Assembly (NCBI GenBank): GCA_002359655.1
Contig: DENL01000031.1
Coordinates: forward strand, 15,651-79,650
Direction: 5' to 3'
DNA length: 64,000 bases
Source: Rickettsiales bacterium UBA2645
GTDB taxonomy: Bacteria; Pseudomonadota; Alphaproteobacteria; Rickettsiales; UBA1997
The position numbers were made by a program, and so were the translations under genes. Below the pieces are notes generated by a model. It did not search any database, had not been told where the DNA came from, and was given only the letters and a program-made list of their open reading frames with translations. Shown here one piece after another: positions 9,134-19,578 of this stretch; position 1 is the first letter of the stretch; every line of letters starts with the position of its first letter.

Positions 9134-11335
9134 CTAAGAGCCACAGTATTTTTCAACCATTTCAAACAATTTTGTTCTAGAGATAGATTTTTCAACATAA
9201 TCATTCATGCCACTATCTAAAGCCTTTTTTAAGGTTTGTTCATCGCAGCAAGACATAAAGGCAACTATCGGAATTGTTTTATAATTCTTGAAATTTTTAA
9301 AAACTTTACCTTCACGAATTTTTCTTGCCGCTTCATAGCCATTCATCACCGGCATTTCGCCATCCATTAAAATTAAATCGAAATTTTCTTGATCAATAAT
9401 TTCTAAAGCTTCGAGTCCGTTTTCTGCGTGCATAACTCTGTAACCCTTGCCCTCCAAAGCTTTATAAGCGATTTTTATATTAACTGGGTTATCTTCAACC
9501 AAAAGGATTGATTTGTTTTTTGCGTTGCTTTTTTGAGGTACTTTCAAGCTTACGTCGTTATTTTGCGGAGCTGTAGCGGAATTAAAGAAAGTACTTCTTT
9601 CCTGACTAAAAATTTGCTCATTATTTTTTTGGCCAAAACCACTTAAATCAAAATAAAGTTTAATTTTAGTACCAACTCCTTTCTGCGACTCAGCTTCAAT
9701 TTTACCGTGATGAAGTTCAACAAGCCCAAAAACAATTGGCATACCAATTCCATGAGAATCTATTTCTTTAAACTTGGCGACTTCTGATTTATCAATTGCA
9801 CCACCATGACCTGAAAAATATTTTTTTATCTCTTCTTCATCCATACCAAAACCTTGATCGGCTATTTCGATGTAAAGCTGATTAGTCTTTTGTAAATGTT
9901 TTGCGGTAACCAAAACTTCACCTTGAGGCTTATTATATTTGACCGCATTAGTGATTAAGTTAGCCAGAATCTGTTTAACTCTTCTTGGATCGCAGGTGAA
10001 TTTTGGTAAATTACTTTCAATATTAGTTTTGATGATTGCTTTATGATCTGAAATCAGTTTTCTATTGATCATCAAAACCGCGCCAATCAAGGCTTTAACA
10101 TCGGCTTCTTTTAAATTTTTCAAAGCAAAAGTACCAGTTTCTACTTGACTCAAATCCAGCAAGTCTTCCACAAAATATCTCAACTCTTCTGCTTGATCGC
10201 AGATTGTTTCAACAATTTTTAAATCTTCATTTTTTAATTTTTCTGATTTGTCTTTTGATTCGAGAATAATTTTGCCTAAACCACCAATTCCAAAGATGTA
10301 ATTTTTGATGTCGTGAGAAATTGAAAAGAGAATTTGATCTTTGGCTGCGTTAGCTTTTTCAAGCGATTTTCTTAATAATTTTTCTACTTCCAGTAAGGTT
10401 AGAATTTTAGTTTTAAACAGGTATAAAACTAACAGAAAAAAAGCCGCTAAGCAAACAAACTCAATTATGCGCGGCAAGATTAATGCAACAAATTGCTTAT
10501 CAAGAAAACTTCTATCAAAACCAGTCAAAGCAATGTAGGGATACTTTATAAAGCTTTTATGGTAACTAAAATCAATTTGACCAATAGTGATTTTTTTAGT
10601 TAAAACTCCTTCTTTTTCACTAAAGATTTTCTTGTTAAAATTGTTTTGAAAAAAGTCGCTATCTCTTGCCAAATCCACATCTGCAGATTTTAGAATAATG
10701 CGCAAATCTTGATCCAAAACTATAAAGCTAACCTTCTGATTTATTTTTTGACTAACTTTGGAAGTGAGCTCGGCAATGTCAAAACCAACAACAATCGCGC
10801 CAAGATATTTTTGATTTTTATCAATAATTCCAGTTCCGGCTGGAATAACCCAAGCCCCACTTGGATTGCCAATAGTTGGAAATGAAACTTGCAAAGTCCC
10901 TGGATTTTGAGGAGACAGAGTTGTGTACTGACGAGCCGACATATCTGGTGGGTTTTTGCGAATCCCCAATTTGCTGTTAACTTTTTGGTAATTTTTGTTA
11001 TCGACCCAATCAAAAGAGGACCAAGAAAATAAATCAGAATTTCGATGCTTAATTTTACTTGCATCAGAAAATAAATTTAGAATGAACTTTAAATCCGCCG
11101 CGCCTCTTTGAGCAATTTGTTGTCCGATATGGCTATTGATTTGATTTGTGTAATCAAATGACTCGGAGATTATGACTTCTAAGTTTTTTGCTTCTTTTTG
11201 CAAAATTCTAGAATTTTCTTTTACGTTTTTTTTAAACGAGACGTAAGAAAGCAATCCTGTTGTTACAAGGGTAAACCCCACAATTATTACAGCAAAAATT
11301 AAATACTCTTTTGATAAGGAGTTATTTTTAATCAT
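9134..11335 (-). CDS. Hybrid sensor histidine kinase / response regulator
   Basis: An N-terminal TM helix and a periplasmic sensor region come first, then a second TM helix. H-box FSISHDIKN, an HATPase region (NLITNAVKY, DQGFGM) and a C-terminal REC domain (ILLVEDNPVN...DLILMDGEMPVMNG) follow. The start is uncertain: ATG 11335 or TTG 11404. Confidence 0.8.
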   Translation of the reverse strand: MIKNNSLSKEYLIFAVIIVGFTLVTTGLLSYVSFKKNVKENSRILQKEAKNLEVIISESFDYTNQINSHIGQQIAQRGAADLKFILNLFSDASKIKHRNSDLFSWSSFDWVDNKNYQKVNSKLGIRKNPPDMSARQYTTLSPQNPGTLQVSFPTIGNPSGAWVIPAGTGIIDKNQKYLGAIVVGFDIAELTSKVSQKINQKVSFIVLDQDLRIILKSADVDLARDSDFFQNNFNKKIFSEKEGVLTKKITIGQIDFSYHKSFIKYPYIALTGFDRSFLDKQFVALILPRIIEFVCLAAFFLLVLYLFKTKILTLLEVEKLLRKSLEKANAAKDQILFSISHDIKNYIFGIGGLGKIILESKDKSEKLKNEDLKIVETICDQAEELRYFVEDLLDLSQVETGTFALKNLKEADVKALIGAVLMINRKLISDHKAIIKTNIESNLPKFTCDPRRVKQILANLITNAVKYNKPQGEVLVTAKHLQKTNQLYIEIADQGFGMDEEEIKKYFSGHGGAIDKSEVAKFKEIDSHGIGMPIVFGLVELHHGKIEAESQKGVGTKIKLYFDLSGFGQKNNEQIFSQERSTFFNSATAPQNNDVSLKVPQKSNAKNKSILLVEDNPVNIKIAYKALEGKGYRVMHAENGLEALEIIDQENFDLILMDGEMPVMNGYEAARKIREGKVFKNFKNYKTIPIVAFMSCCDEQTLKKALDSGMNDYVEKSISRTKLFEMVEKYCGS

Positions 11336-11485
11336 ATTATCGTAGGAATTTTTGATAAAATTTTTCAAATTGAAAAAACCTTTTAGCGGCAAAAAAACAT
11401 CCAAATTCTTGATGAAAAAAGTTCCGCTTCAGATATGGATTAGAAAATTTTCTCAGTAAAACTAAATAATAAGCGCAAAACAATC

Positions 11486-12493
11486 ATGCCCTTTTTCTTA
11501 AGGCCTCATTCAGCAAAGCTTTTACAAAATTTTAAAGATAATTTTGTCAGACAGCATTCTTCTTTCCCAAAAAAAAACACTTTGCCAAAAGATTCGGCTG
11601 TGAAAAAAGCTGCAGAAATTTTAGAAGAATTTCAATCACATCCGGCAAATCACCACGAACTTTTTAAATATTTAGAAGATCTTGCAAAAGAAGGAATGAC
11701 TCCAGAGCAATATCTGGTATATCGCGATAATTTTTTTTATAGAACAAGTAATACGGTATTATCAGTAGCAAGTCATGCTACTCATGCTGTAAGAAATCAC
11801 GATTATCAGGCTTTTGTTGCTATTTCCAGAAACTTTTCAGATGAAAGTGGCAATGGAAACATTGAAGGTATTCATCTAAAACTATTAGAAGATGGACATA
11901 ATTTTCATGGGAAAATTGTTTTTGGTGTTCCAGAAATGACAATTCCTAATTCAAAAAATTCTCCTTTTCTGACGCCAGAGGCTATAAATTTTAGAAAAGT
12001 GCAAGAAAGGATGTTTCGCTCTTCTTATGCTACAATGACTGGCTGCCTTTTGGCTCATGAAGATGCTGCTGATGAGATGCTAAATAATTTTAAAAAGTAC
12101 ATTTTTGATCCTTACAAAGGCTATTACACTGAACCAGAATTCAAAAAATTGACTGAATACTATACTGTTCACAGAGACGACTCAAAGGAAAATGGAAATG
12201 TGGAAGAACAGCACAAAGAGCAAGCACTTAGGATTGCCTCAGAAATGATTGCTACGAAACCGCGTGCAGAAAAATTGATTTTAGAAGGTGGCAAAAAATT
12301 CTTGAATATCCAAAGTGATTTATGGAATGGTTTAATGAGAGAGATTGAGAATTCTAAGTTTCACGGACCAAAAGTTATTCCAAAAAGTGATTTTTTGAGC
12401 GAAAGCAAAAAGCCCTCAACTTCGATCAAAAAAAATTCAGCCAAAAAGTTTGTTGATAACCCAAATGATAAATCCAACTCCAACAACATATAA
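11486..12493 (+). CDS. Heme-oxygenase-like diiron (CADD/PqqC-type, iron-containing redox enzyme family) protein with basic C-terminal tail
   Basis: SDESGNGNIEGIHLKLL, LLAHEDAADEM and YYTVHRDD...EEQHKEQA resemble the E/H ligand helices of CADD-type proteins. This comparison is from memory. Confidence 0.45.
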   Translation: MPFFLRPHSAKLLQNFKDNFVRQHSSFPKKNTLPKDSAVKKAAEILEEFQSHPANHHELFKYLEDLAKEGMTPEQYLVYRDNFFYRTSNTVLSVASHATHAVRNHDYQAFVAISRNFSDESGNGNIEGIHLKLLEDGHNFHGKIVFGVPEMTIPNSKNSPFLTPEAINFRKVQERMFRSSYATMTGCLLAHEDAADEMLNNFKKYIFDPYKGYYTEPEFKKLTEYYTVHRDDSKENGNVEEQHKEQALRIASEMIATKPRAEKLILEGGKKFLNIQSDLWNGLMREIENSKFHGPKVIPKSDFLSESKKPSTSIKKNSAKKFVDNPNDKSNSNNI

Positions 12494-12525
12494 GAAGAAG
12501 CTGAGAAAGCTAAATAGACCTTAAG

Positions 12526-13461
12526 CTAACCCAACAAATAAACCAAAACTGCTTTTTGAACATGTAGGCGGTTTTCGGCTTCATCAAACACAACAGATTT
12601 TTTAGAATCTATAACTTCAGAAGTAACTTCAAAACCACGATAGGCTGGCAAGCAATGTGTAAATATGGCCTGCTTTTTTGCTAACTTCATCAAATCAGAA
12701 TTAACTTGATAGGGCATTAAAAGTTTTAGCTTTTCTTTCTTTAGTTTGTCGTTTTTTTCTGCCTCATCTCCCATTGAAAACCAAGTGTCGGTAATCAATA
12801 CATCAGCATCTTCTGCTGCTTTTTTTGGATCAGAAACTTGCACAATTTTTGCACCATTTTTTACAGCTTTTTTTATTTCAGCGTCGCAAAAATTAAAACC
12901 TTTGGGCGTAGCAATCACAAGCTCGTAATCAAAACTTTTAGCGGCGTGGATATAAGAATTTAAAACATTATTAGCATCGCCAAACCAAGCTAATTTTTTA
13001 TTCGAAATTTTACCCAAATGTTCTTCGATGGTTAAAATGCTCGCCATAATTTGACAAGGGTGAGAAAAATCAGATAAAGCATTAATCACTGGTTTAGAAG
13101 AATATTTGGCCAGCTCTAAAATAGTTTGATGTGAGTTTGAGCGGATCATCACCGCATCAACAAAACGCGATAAAACCTTGGCAGTGTCTTCAACAGATTC
13201 ACCTTTGCCAAGTTGCATATCATTTTTATTCATCACGATAGCGTGGCCACCAAGCTGGTTGATTCCTACTTCGAAAGATACTCTTGTACGAGTAGAAGTT
13301 TTTTCAAAAATCATGGCTAGATTTTTCTGTGCTAAAATTTTTGCTTGTTTAACTGGGTTTTTGTCTGATTTTAATTTTTGCGCCAACGTGATTATTGCTC
13401 TTAAATCTGCGGCAGAAATTTTGTCCAAATCAACAAAATGTCGAATCTGTTTTTTTGACAT
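12526..13461 (-). CDS. argF: Ornithine carbamoyltransferase
   Basis: STRTR, HPCQ, DTWFSMG and HCLPA motifs are present. Confidence 0.85.
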   Translation of the reverse strand: MSKKQIRHFVDLDKISAADLRAIITLAQKLKSDKNPVKQAKILAQKNLAMIFEKTSTRTRVSFEVGINQLGGHAIVMNKNDMQLGKGESVEDTAKVLSRFVDAVMIRSNSHQTILELAKYSSKPVINALSDFSHPCQIMASILTIEEHLGKISNKKLAWFGDANNVLNSYIHAAKSFDYELVIATPKGFNFCDAEIKKAVKNGAKIVQVSDPKKAAEDADVLITDTWFSMGDEAEKNDKLKKEKLKLLMPYQVNSDLMKLAKKQAIFTHCLPAYRGFEVTSEVIDSKKSVVFDEAENRLHVQKAVLVYLLG

Positions 13462-13548
13462 AAAAATATTTTGAATATTAGAGCTGCTAGCTAAACAATT
13501 GTAAATAAAACAAAATCTCCATCACCATCAGAGTCTATGTGTGAGAAT

Positions 13549-13720
13549 AAAAAACTCGGATCGATCATCCTCCCCTTGAGGGAGGATCGAGGAGCAAAGC
13601 GACTCGAGGAGGGGTCAAAAAACTTTTAGAAAAATTCTTTTAACTTTTTGACCCCTCACCGACTCACCCAAGGGTTCGTCGACTCTCCCTCAAGGGGAGA
13701 GTGATTAGAACGAGTTTTTA
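13549..13720. repeat. Nested-palindrome repeat element (RPE/MITE-like), copy 1
   Basis: It is a GC-rich island in an AT-rich spacer. Terminal inverted repeats are aaaactcg...cgagtttt. Local hairpins are atcctccc/gggaggat and ctctccc/gggagag, with a long-range stem gaggggtcaaaaa/tttttgacccctc. It matches 47947-48117 in reverse complement. Confidence 0.75.
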
Positions 13721-13817
13721 AATAATTTTATACTTATACTTTTCCATCGCCCTTAAAATAAAGCGCGGCAAGCTATGATTGGCGACCTAATTGTCAAGCA
13801 ACCAACCAAATTTTCCG

Positions 13818-14993
13818 ATGAACAAAAATAAAATTTTCATTACTGCCGGAGGAACTGGTGGACACATAATTCCGGCACGTTGCTTAGCGCAAGAATTATC
13901 GCAAGAAAATCAACAAGTTTTCTTTTTGGGTGATGAAAAATACCAAAATTATATCAAAAAAGAAGATGGCTTTAAATCCTTTATAATCAGCTCTTCGCAA
14001 CTTGAAAGACGGCCGCTAAAATTAATCAAAGCTGCAATAAAAATTTGGTGCGGAATTTTGCAATCTTTATATTATTTTTTTCTAAATCATCCCAAATGTG
14101 TTGTTGCTTTTGGCGGTTATTCTACCTTTCCAATATTGACTGCAGCACTTTTGACGAAAACAAAAATTATTTTGCACGAGCAAAATTCTCACTTGGGAAA
14201 AGTTAATCGTTTATTTGCCAAATATGCTGATAAAATTGCTTTGTCTTTCGTAGAAACTTCTGGCATTGAAGAAAAAGATCAAAATAAAACTGTTTTCGTT
14301 GGCAACCCAGTTCGTCAAGAAATTCTGGATCTAAGCAAAATTCCATACACTTTACCTCACGAAGAAGAAGTTGTCGAAAGACCAAATAATCGTATGGGTT
14401 ATAATGTAATTTTAGCTTCAGATTTTGTGACGGAAGTGGATCAAAAAACTAGCAATCCGTTTAACATTTTAGTAATTGGCGGAAGTGGTGGCGCAAAAAT
14501 TTTTAGCGAAGTTTTGCCCAAGGCATTTTTTAATTTCAGCGATGATCTAAAAAGTCACATCAACATTATCCAGCAATGTCGTAAAGAATTGTCGCAATCA
14601 ACTTTTGAGCAATATCGCGCCTTTAATTTGAGTATTGAGATTCAATCTTTTTTCTCCGATATGCCAGAAAAAATACGCAGCGCGCACTTGATTATAGCGC
14701 GCTCTGGCTCATCATCAATTTTTGAATTTTGTGCTGCAAAAAAGCCAATGGTTCTGATTCCTTTTGAAAAAGCTGCCGATAATCATCAAGAAAAAAACGC
14801 CAGATTTCTTGAAAAACATGGCGCAGCAATTGTGATAACTGAAAAAGAATTTACCATTAATCACATCAATAAAGTTCTGCAAAATCTGATTACCAATCAT
14901 GCGGAGTTAGAAAAAATGTCGCAAGCAGCTGCTTCTTTAGCTGTGATTGAAGCGACAAAAAATTTGGCAAAATTATGCTTGGATATTACCTAA
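13818..14993 (+). CDS. murG: Undecaprenyldiphospho-muramoylpentapeptide beta-N-acetylglucosaminyltransferase MurG
   Basis: An ATG at 13818 gives MNKNKIFITAGGTGGHIIPA. A C-terminal ARSGSSSIFE...HQEKNA motif is present. Confidence 0.85.
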   Translation: MNKNKIFITAGGTGGHIIPARCLAQELSQENQQVFFLGDEKYQNYIKKEDGFKSFIISSSQLERRPLKLIKAAIKIWCGILQSLYYFFLNHPKCVVAFGGYSTFPILTAALLTKTKIILHEQNSHLGKVNRLFAKYADKIALSFVETSGIEEKDQNKTVFVGNPVRQEILDLSKIPYTLPHEEEVVERPNNRMGYNVILASDFVTEVDQKTSNPFNILVIGGSGGAKIFSEVLPKAFFNFSDDLKSHINIIQQCRKELSQSTFEQYRAFNLSIEIQSFFSDMPEKIRSAHLIIARSGSSSIFEFCAAKKPMVLIPFEKAADNHQEKNARFLEKHGAAIVITEKEFTINHINKVLQNLITNHAELEKMSQAAASLAVIEATKNLAKLCLDIT

Positions 14994-15000
14994 ATTAATT

Positions 15001-15489
15001 ATGAACAAAAAAGACGAAATGCTTTCAGATCAAGAAAGCCAAGACCTCAAAGAGATATCAATTGGTAATATTCTGCGCAAAAAAAGAATAAAATTAAATA
15101 TCAAACCCGAAGAAGTTGCCAGCTATCTAAGAATAAAATTACGCGACATTGAAGCGATTGAAAATGACGATTTAAGCAAAATCTTAAAACATTCTTATGT
15201 TCCGGGATTGTTGCGCTCTTATGCAAATTTTTTAAAAATTGATGCCAGAATTTTTGAAAAAAAAATTAAACTTCTGCACATCGAATCAAACACACACAAC
15301 AAAAAACATCAATTGCTGAATATCGGTGAGAATATTGATTTAACGCCTGATAAAGATATTTTTTTGAACTTCTCAATCATCTCGACTTTGTTATTTTTTA
15401 TTTTGCTGTCGATTTATAATTTTGTTGAAAACAAAAGCGCTAATATCAGCAGTGAAAGCTTAGTTGAAGAATTAAAAAAAATTGATTAG
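15001..15489 (+). CDS. RodZ-like helix-turn-helix membrane protein
   Basis: It has an HTH segment IGNILRKKRIKLNIKPEEVASYLRIKLRDIEAIE and a C-terminal TM helix. The ATG at 15001 is preferred to the track start, which overlaps murG. Confidence 0.5.
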   Translation: MNKKDEMLSDQESQDLKEISIGNILRKKRIKLNIKPEEVASYLRIKLRDIEAIENDDLSKILKHSYVPGLLRSYANFLKIDARIFEKKIKLLHIESNTHNKKHQLLNIGENIDLTPDKDIFLNFSIISTLLFFILLSIYNFVENKSANISSESLVEELKKID

Positions 15490-15494
15490 CAATA

Positions 15495-18400
15495 ATGAAA
15501 CCCGACAGCAGCAAATTTGCCAAGATCGAATCAGCGCAAGATGAGGACGAAAATTTAGAGCAAGCAGAAAGCGAGCAAACTCCTTTCTCCTCTCTTAAAT
15601 CAAGAGCTATTTGGCTTTTTGCTACGCTGTTTATTGCAATTATTTTGCTGCTTTTTGCCATTCCCGGATTTTTCGACAACTCAGCTCTGAAATTTAAGAT
15701 CGAGCAAAAAGCCAGCGAATTTATTAGTGCCAACTTGGCAATTAATGGCAATGTTACTATTGCTTTTTTGCCTTATCCGTCAATCACCGCCCAAGATGTT
15801 GTGATACAAAATTATGCCAAAAATGGCAAAGTTTACAATCTGTACGCTAAATCATTTAAGCTAAAATTAGCTGTGATCGAGCTCTTACAAAAAGAATTTT
15901 TGATTGATAAAGTTATTTTTTCAGATGCCACTTTGGAGAGCATTTTTGAATCAAATATTGGAGATAAAAGAGAAAATAAATTAAGCGAAATTCTTAGCAA
16001 ATTTTCTGCTAAATATGATGAGAATAAAAGCCAAAAAATTGAATCGAGCATTAGTTCTGACTTATTCTCTGTAGATAAATTTCAATCATCGCAGTTCAGT
16101 TTTAAAAAACTTCCAACCATTGAAGTTGAAAATGGAATGATGATTTCTTACGACAGATATTTGCACAAAAAAGAAATCGAAGAAATCAATTTTAAGTTGA
16201 TGCTTGACTCAGAAAAAATCCGCGCTTCTGGCAAATTTTCCAATGAAAAAGTCGTCAATAATTTTAAATTCTCTGGCTATTTTAAATCTGACACTTCCAA
16301 AAATAATTCGGTTTTAGAGATAAATTCTTCAACAATGAACTTGACTATAAAAGGTAGTTTTACTGGAGAAAATAGCGGAATTTTCACCAGCGCTTTTATT
16401 GGAAAAGCTGAGGCAGAAATTTTTGAAATCCGCTCTTTTTATAAAGATTATATAAGCAATGGTAACGCCATTTACGAAAAGTTAAAAAAGAATTCTCAAT
16501 CAATTAAAATAAGCTCTGACATTAAAAATGACCAAGGAGAAATTTCGCTAAATAATTTGGTGATTAATTCGGATTTAATAAACGGTAAAGGCAGCGCGAT
16601 GATTGATTTTACCTCTGATATTCCGCGCCTTGATATTATTTTAGATCTAGAGAATCTTGATCTCGACAGCATTTGGTCGAAAGAAAGAATAATTACAGCT
16701 AGCTATAACGAAAATTTTGACTTACCAAACGACAGTGATGAAACAATCGAAACTTTAAAAACAAAAAAACCAATAGCAGAAGATATAAATACCATTGAAA
16801 TTAAACCAGAAGACAAAAGCAAAAACTTGACGGTATCGAATCTTGAAGATTTAGGAAAAACAGTTGCCGCAGCTGAAAAAAAGCCAGAAAAACTTAATTT
16901 AAAAATCGCCAATAAAGTTAAAAATATTGATTTATCGGCGGAAATAAAAATCAAAAATGTTAAGTATATTGAAGGTCAAATCAAAGACCTAAGCCTTTAC
17001 TTGACAATTTCCAATAATGGGCAAGTTCTGATTTTGCCAATGATTTTTAAAGTTCCGGGTGAAGGTGTGATGAGGATTAGCGGCGTTTTAGAAAACGATA
17101 ACGATTTACCAAAATTTATCGGCAAACTTGACATTAGCGGAGAAAATCTTGGCGATACTTTAAAATGGCTAGATCTAGAATCACAAAATCTTAAATTTGG
17201 TAATCTAAAAAATTACATCGTCTATTCAGATGTGATGCTGCTTCCAAACAACATCATCCTAAACAATTTTTATCTAAATCTAAACAAAAGCCAGAGTGAG
17301 TTTTTAGGAGAAATTAAAATTGATAGCAGCACAAAAATCAGCAGCATCAGTAATAAATTTCAGGTCAGCACTTTTAACATTGACGATTTTTTCTTAACCT
17401 CTGGACAAAATATTTATTTATCTCCGGGCTCGCTGCTGAAAAAACTTTTATGGCTAAACGAGATTAACTCAAACCACGATATCTCATTAACTTTTGACAA
17501 GTTAATCTATAAAGGCGAAGAATTTTCTGATCAATCAAGCCTGAAATTAAGCTTCGGACAAGGCTATATTAAAATCAGCGAGTTAAACCTTAAATCTGAA
17601 AAAACTAATCTTCAGGCTAAGTTGACAATCGATCTTAGCGATCAAAATCCTGAATTTGAAATTAGTCTTATCGCCGATAATTTTCACTACGAAGTTTTAC
17701 AAAACAAAAATAGTGAATTCGAAAAAGATTCAAAGAAAAAAAATATAGCCGACCAGTTCTTTGCCCTACCTTCTTTAGAAGGTTTTAGCGGCAGCGTTAA
17801 CTTTGTAATCAATAATTTAAAACTTGAAGATCTTGAAATTAACAATGCCAAAATTGCTGGAAAACTAAAAGACGGCAACATTCCTCAAACAATAGCATCT
17901 TGTGATATTTATGGTGGAAGCCTTGATTACAAAGGTTTGATCGGCATTAAAGATTATAAAACCATCAATGGTAACTTGACTCTCAAAAATATTTTATTGG
18001 AAGAGTTATTGCCAGATTTAAGTCAGATAGAAAATATCAAAGGTACCACTAATATTTCAGCAAATATCACCTCTGTCGCCGATTCAAAAGAAAAATTTAT
18101 CACAGAGGCTAATAGTGAAATAAAATTCAGCACTAACGCTCCAGAGGTTGCTGGATATGGTTTGAGTGACTTGGTCAATAAAATGTTTTACGTGAATAAT
18201 TTTCGTCAAGAGCTGCAAAATCCTGATAAAATTTTATCCAATCCAAATAGCAAAACTATTTTCAATCAAGCTAGCGGCACTATCACACTTGATAAAGATA
18301 AAGGAGGAAAATTTTCTATTAAAATGAGCTCTCCCGCAATAAATGGTGTGCTGTCTGGCAAAGTAGATATAGCAAAAAATTCAATTGATGGTTTGGCTAA

Positions 18401-18776
18401 TATAATTTTCGTTACCGGCTCAAGACAAAAACAAATTCCACTAAACATTGTCAGTGCAATTAAAGGCAATATGGGGGAAATTGTAGTAAACAGCAACCTG
18501 GATCAAGTAAAACAATATTTAGGAATAATCAAAGTCAAGCCAGCAGAAAGCAAAAGCCAATTGCTAAATTCAAATACCAACAACAATGCTGGCAATACAA
18601 GCGCGAATACTACGAATCAAAAAAATGTCACGAGTCAAATTCAAAATAGACAACAGCAAATAATAAAATCATCAGAAGATGCCCAAAAAATAAGAGCTAT
18701 GGAGCAAATTAAAGCGGCAACAATTGACCCTAATTTCGTACCACAAAATCTAGATAAACCAGCCTTAAATCAGTAA
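15495..18776 (+). CDS. AsmA-family outer-membrane biogenesis protein (large, N-terminally anchored)
   Basis: An N-terminal TM helix is followed by an AsmA-like segment (ANLAINGNVTIAFLPYPSITAQDVVIQN). The long beta-rich body ends in an Asn/Gln-rich tail. Confidence 0.65.
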   Translation: MKPDSSKFAKIESAQDEDENLEQAESEQTPFSSLKSRAIWLFATLFIAIILLLFAIPGFFDNSALKFKIEQKASEFISANLAINGNVTIAFLPYPSITAQDVVIQNYAKNGKVYNLYAKSFKLKLAVIELLQKEFLIDKVIFSDATLESIFESNIGDKRENKLSEILSKFSAKYDENKSQKIESSISSDLFSVDKFQSSQFSFKKLPTIEVENGMMISYDRYLHKKEIEEINFKLMLDSEKIRASGKFSNEKVVNNFKFSGYFKSDTSKNNSVLEINSSTMNLTIKGSFTGENSGIFTSAFIGKAEAEIFEIRSFYKDYISNGNAIYEKLKKNSQSIKISSDIKNDQGEISLNNLVINSDLINGKGSAMIDFTSDIPRLDIILDLENLDLDSIWSKERIITASYNENFDLPNDSDETIETLKTKKPIAEDINTIEIKPEDKSKNLTVSNLEDLGKTVAAAEKKPEKLNLKIANKVKNIDLSAEIKIKNVKYIEGQIKDLSLYLTISNNGQVLILPMIFKVPGEGVMRISGVLENDNDLPKFIGKLDISGENLGDTLKWLDLESQNLKFGNLKNYIVYSDVMLLPNNIILNNFYLNLNKSQSEFLGEIKIDSSTKISSISNKFQVSTFNIDDFFLTSGQNIYLSPGSLLKKLLWLNEINSNHDISLTFDKLIYKGEEFSDQSSLKLSFGQGYIKISELNLKSEKTNLQAKLTIDLSDQNPEFEISLIADNFHYEVLQNKNSEFEKDSKKKNIADQFFALPSLEGFSGSVNFVINNLKLEDLEINNAKIAGKLKDGNIPQTIASCDIYGGSLDYKGLIGIKDYKTINGNLTLKNILLEELLPDLSQIENIKGTTNISANITSVADSKEKFITEANSEIKFSTNAPEVAGYGLSDLVNKMFYVNNFRQELQNPDKILSNPNSKTIFNQASGTITLDKDKGGKFSIKMSSPAINGVLSGKVDIAKNSIDGLANIIFVTGSRQKQIPLNIVSAIKGNMGEIVVNSNLDQVKQYLGIIKVKPAESKSQLLNSNTNNNAGNTSANTTNQKNVTSQIQNRQQQIIKSSEDAQKIRAMEQIKAATIDPNFVPQNLDKPALNQ

Positions 18777-18783
18777 AATTAAA

Positions 18784-19578
18784 ATGAATAAACGAATTTC
18801 AGTTGCAGATATTTTGCTTAAAAAAAATCGTGAGAAAATTATTTGTCTCACCGCCTATACTTTCCCTGTAGCTAAAATTTTAGATGATTATTGCGACATA
18901 ATTTTAGTTGGAGATTCTCTCGGAATGACCATCTACGGCTTCCAAGACACTGTTGATGTAACTTTAGAAATGATGATTAATCACGGCAAAGCAGTTGTAA
19001 AAGCTGTAAAAAAATCTTTTGTAGTTGTTGATTTACCTTACGGAACTTACGAAGAGTCACAAGAACAAGCTTTAGAATCAGCAAAAAAAGTAATGCAAGA
19101 AACTGGCTGCGACGCCATTAAAATCGAGACTTCAAGAGAAATGACCGAAACTGTAAAATTTTTAGTCGCAAACAAAATCAGCGTCATGGCTCATATTGGA
19201 CTTTTGCCACAAAGTGTACGCAAAATTGGCGGCTATAAATATCAAGGTCGCGACGAAAAATCAGCTGAAGAAATTTTAGAAACGGCAAAAATGTTGGAAA
19301 GCGCTGGAGCATTTTCGATAGTAATTGAAGCAGTTCCATCAATTTTAGCCGATAAAATTTCTGCAGCAGTAAAAATTCCGACAATTGGTATTGGAGCTTC
19401 GCAAAATTGTGACGGACAGGTTTTGGTAATTGATGATTTACTCGGGCTGAATCAAGAATTTAAACCTAGATTTGTCACTCGTTATGCTAATTTAGCCGAT
19501 GAAATCAAATCAGCAGTTAAAAAATTCAGTTCGGAAGTGAAAGAAAAAAAATTCCCCGCCAAAGAAAATCTGCTTTAG
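18784..19578 (+). CDS. panB: 3-methyl-2-oxobutanoate hydroxymethyltransferase
   Basis: LTAYTFPVAKILD...ILVGDSLGM and IKIE motifs are present. Confidence 0.9.
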   Translation: MNKRISVADILLKKNREKIICLTAYTFPVAKILDDYCDIILVGDSLGMTIYGFQDTVDVTLEMMINHGKAVVKAVKKSFVVVDLPYGTYEESQEQALESAKKVMQETGCDAIKIETSREMTETVKFLVANKISVMAHIGLLPQSVRKIGGYKYQGRDEKSAEEILETAKMLESAGAFSIVIEAVPSILADKISAAVKIPTIGIGASQNCDGQVLVIDDLLGLNQEFKPRFVTRYANLADEIKSAVKKFSSEVKEKKFPAKENLL

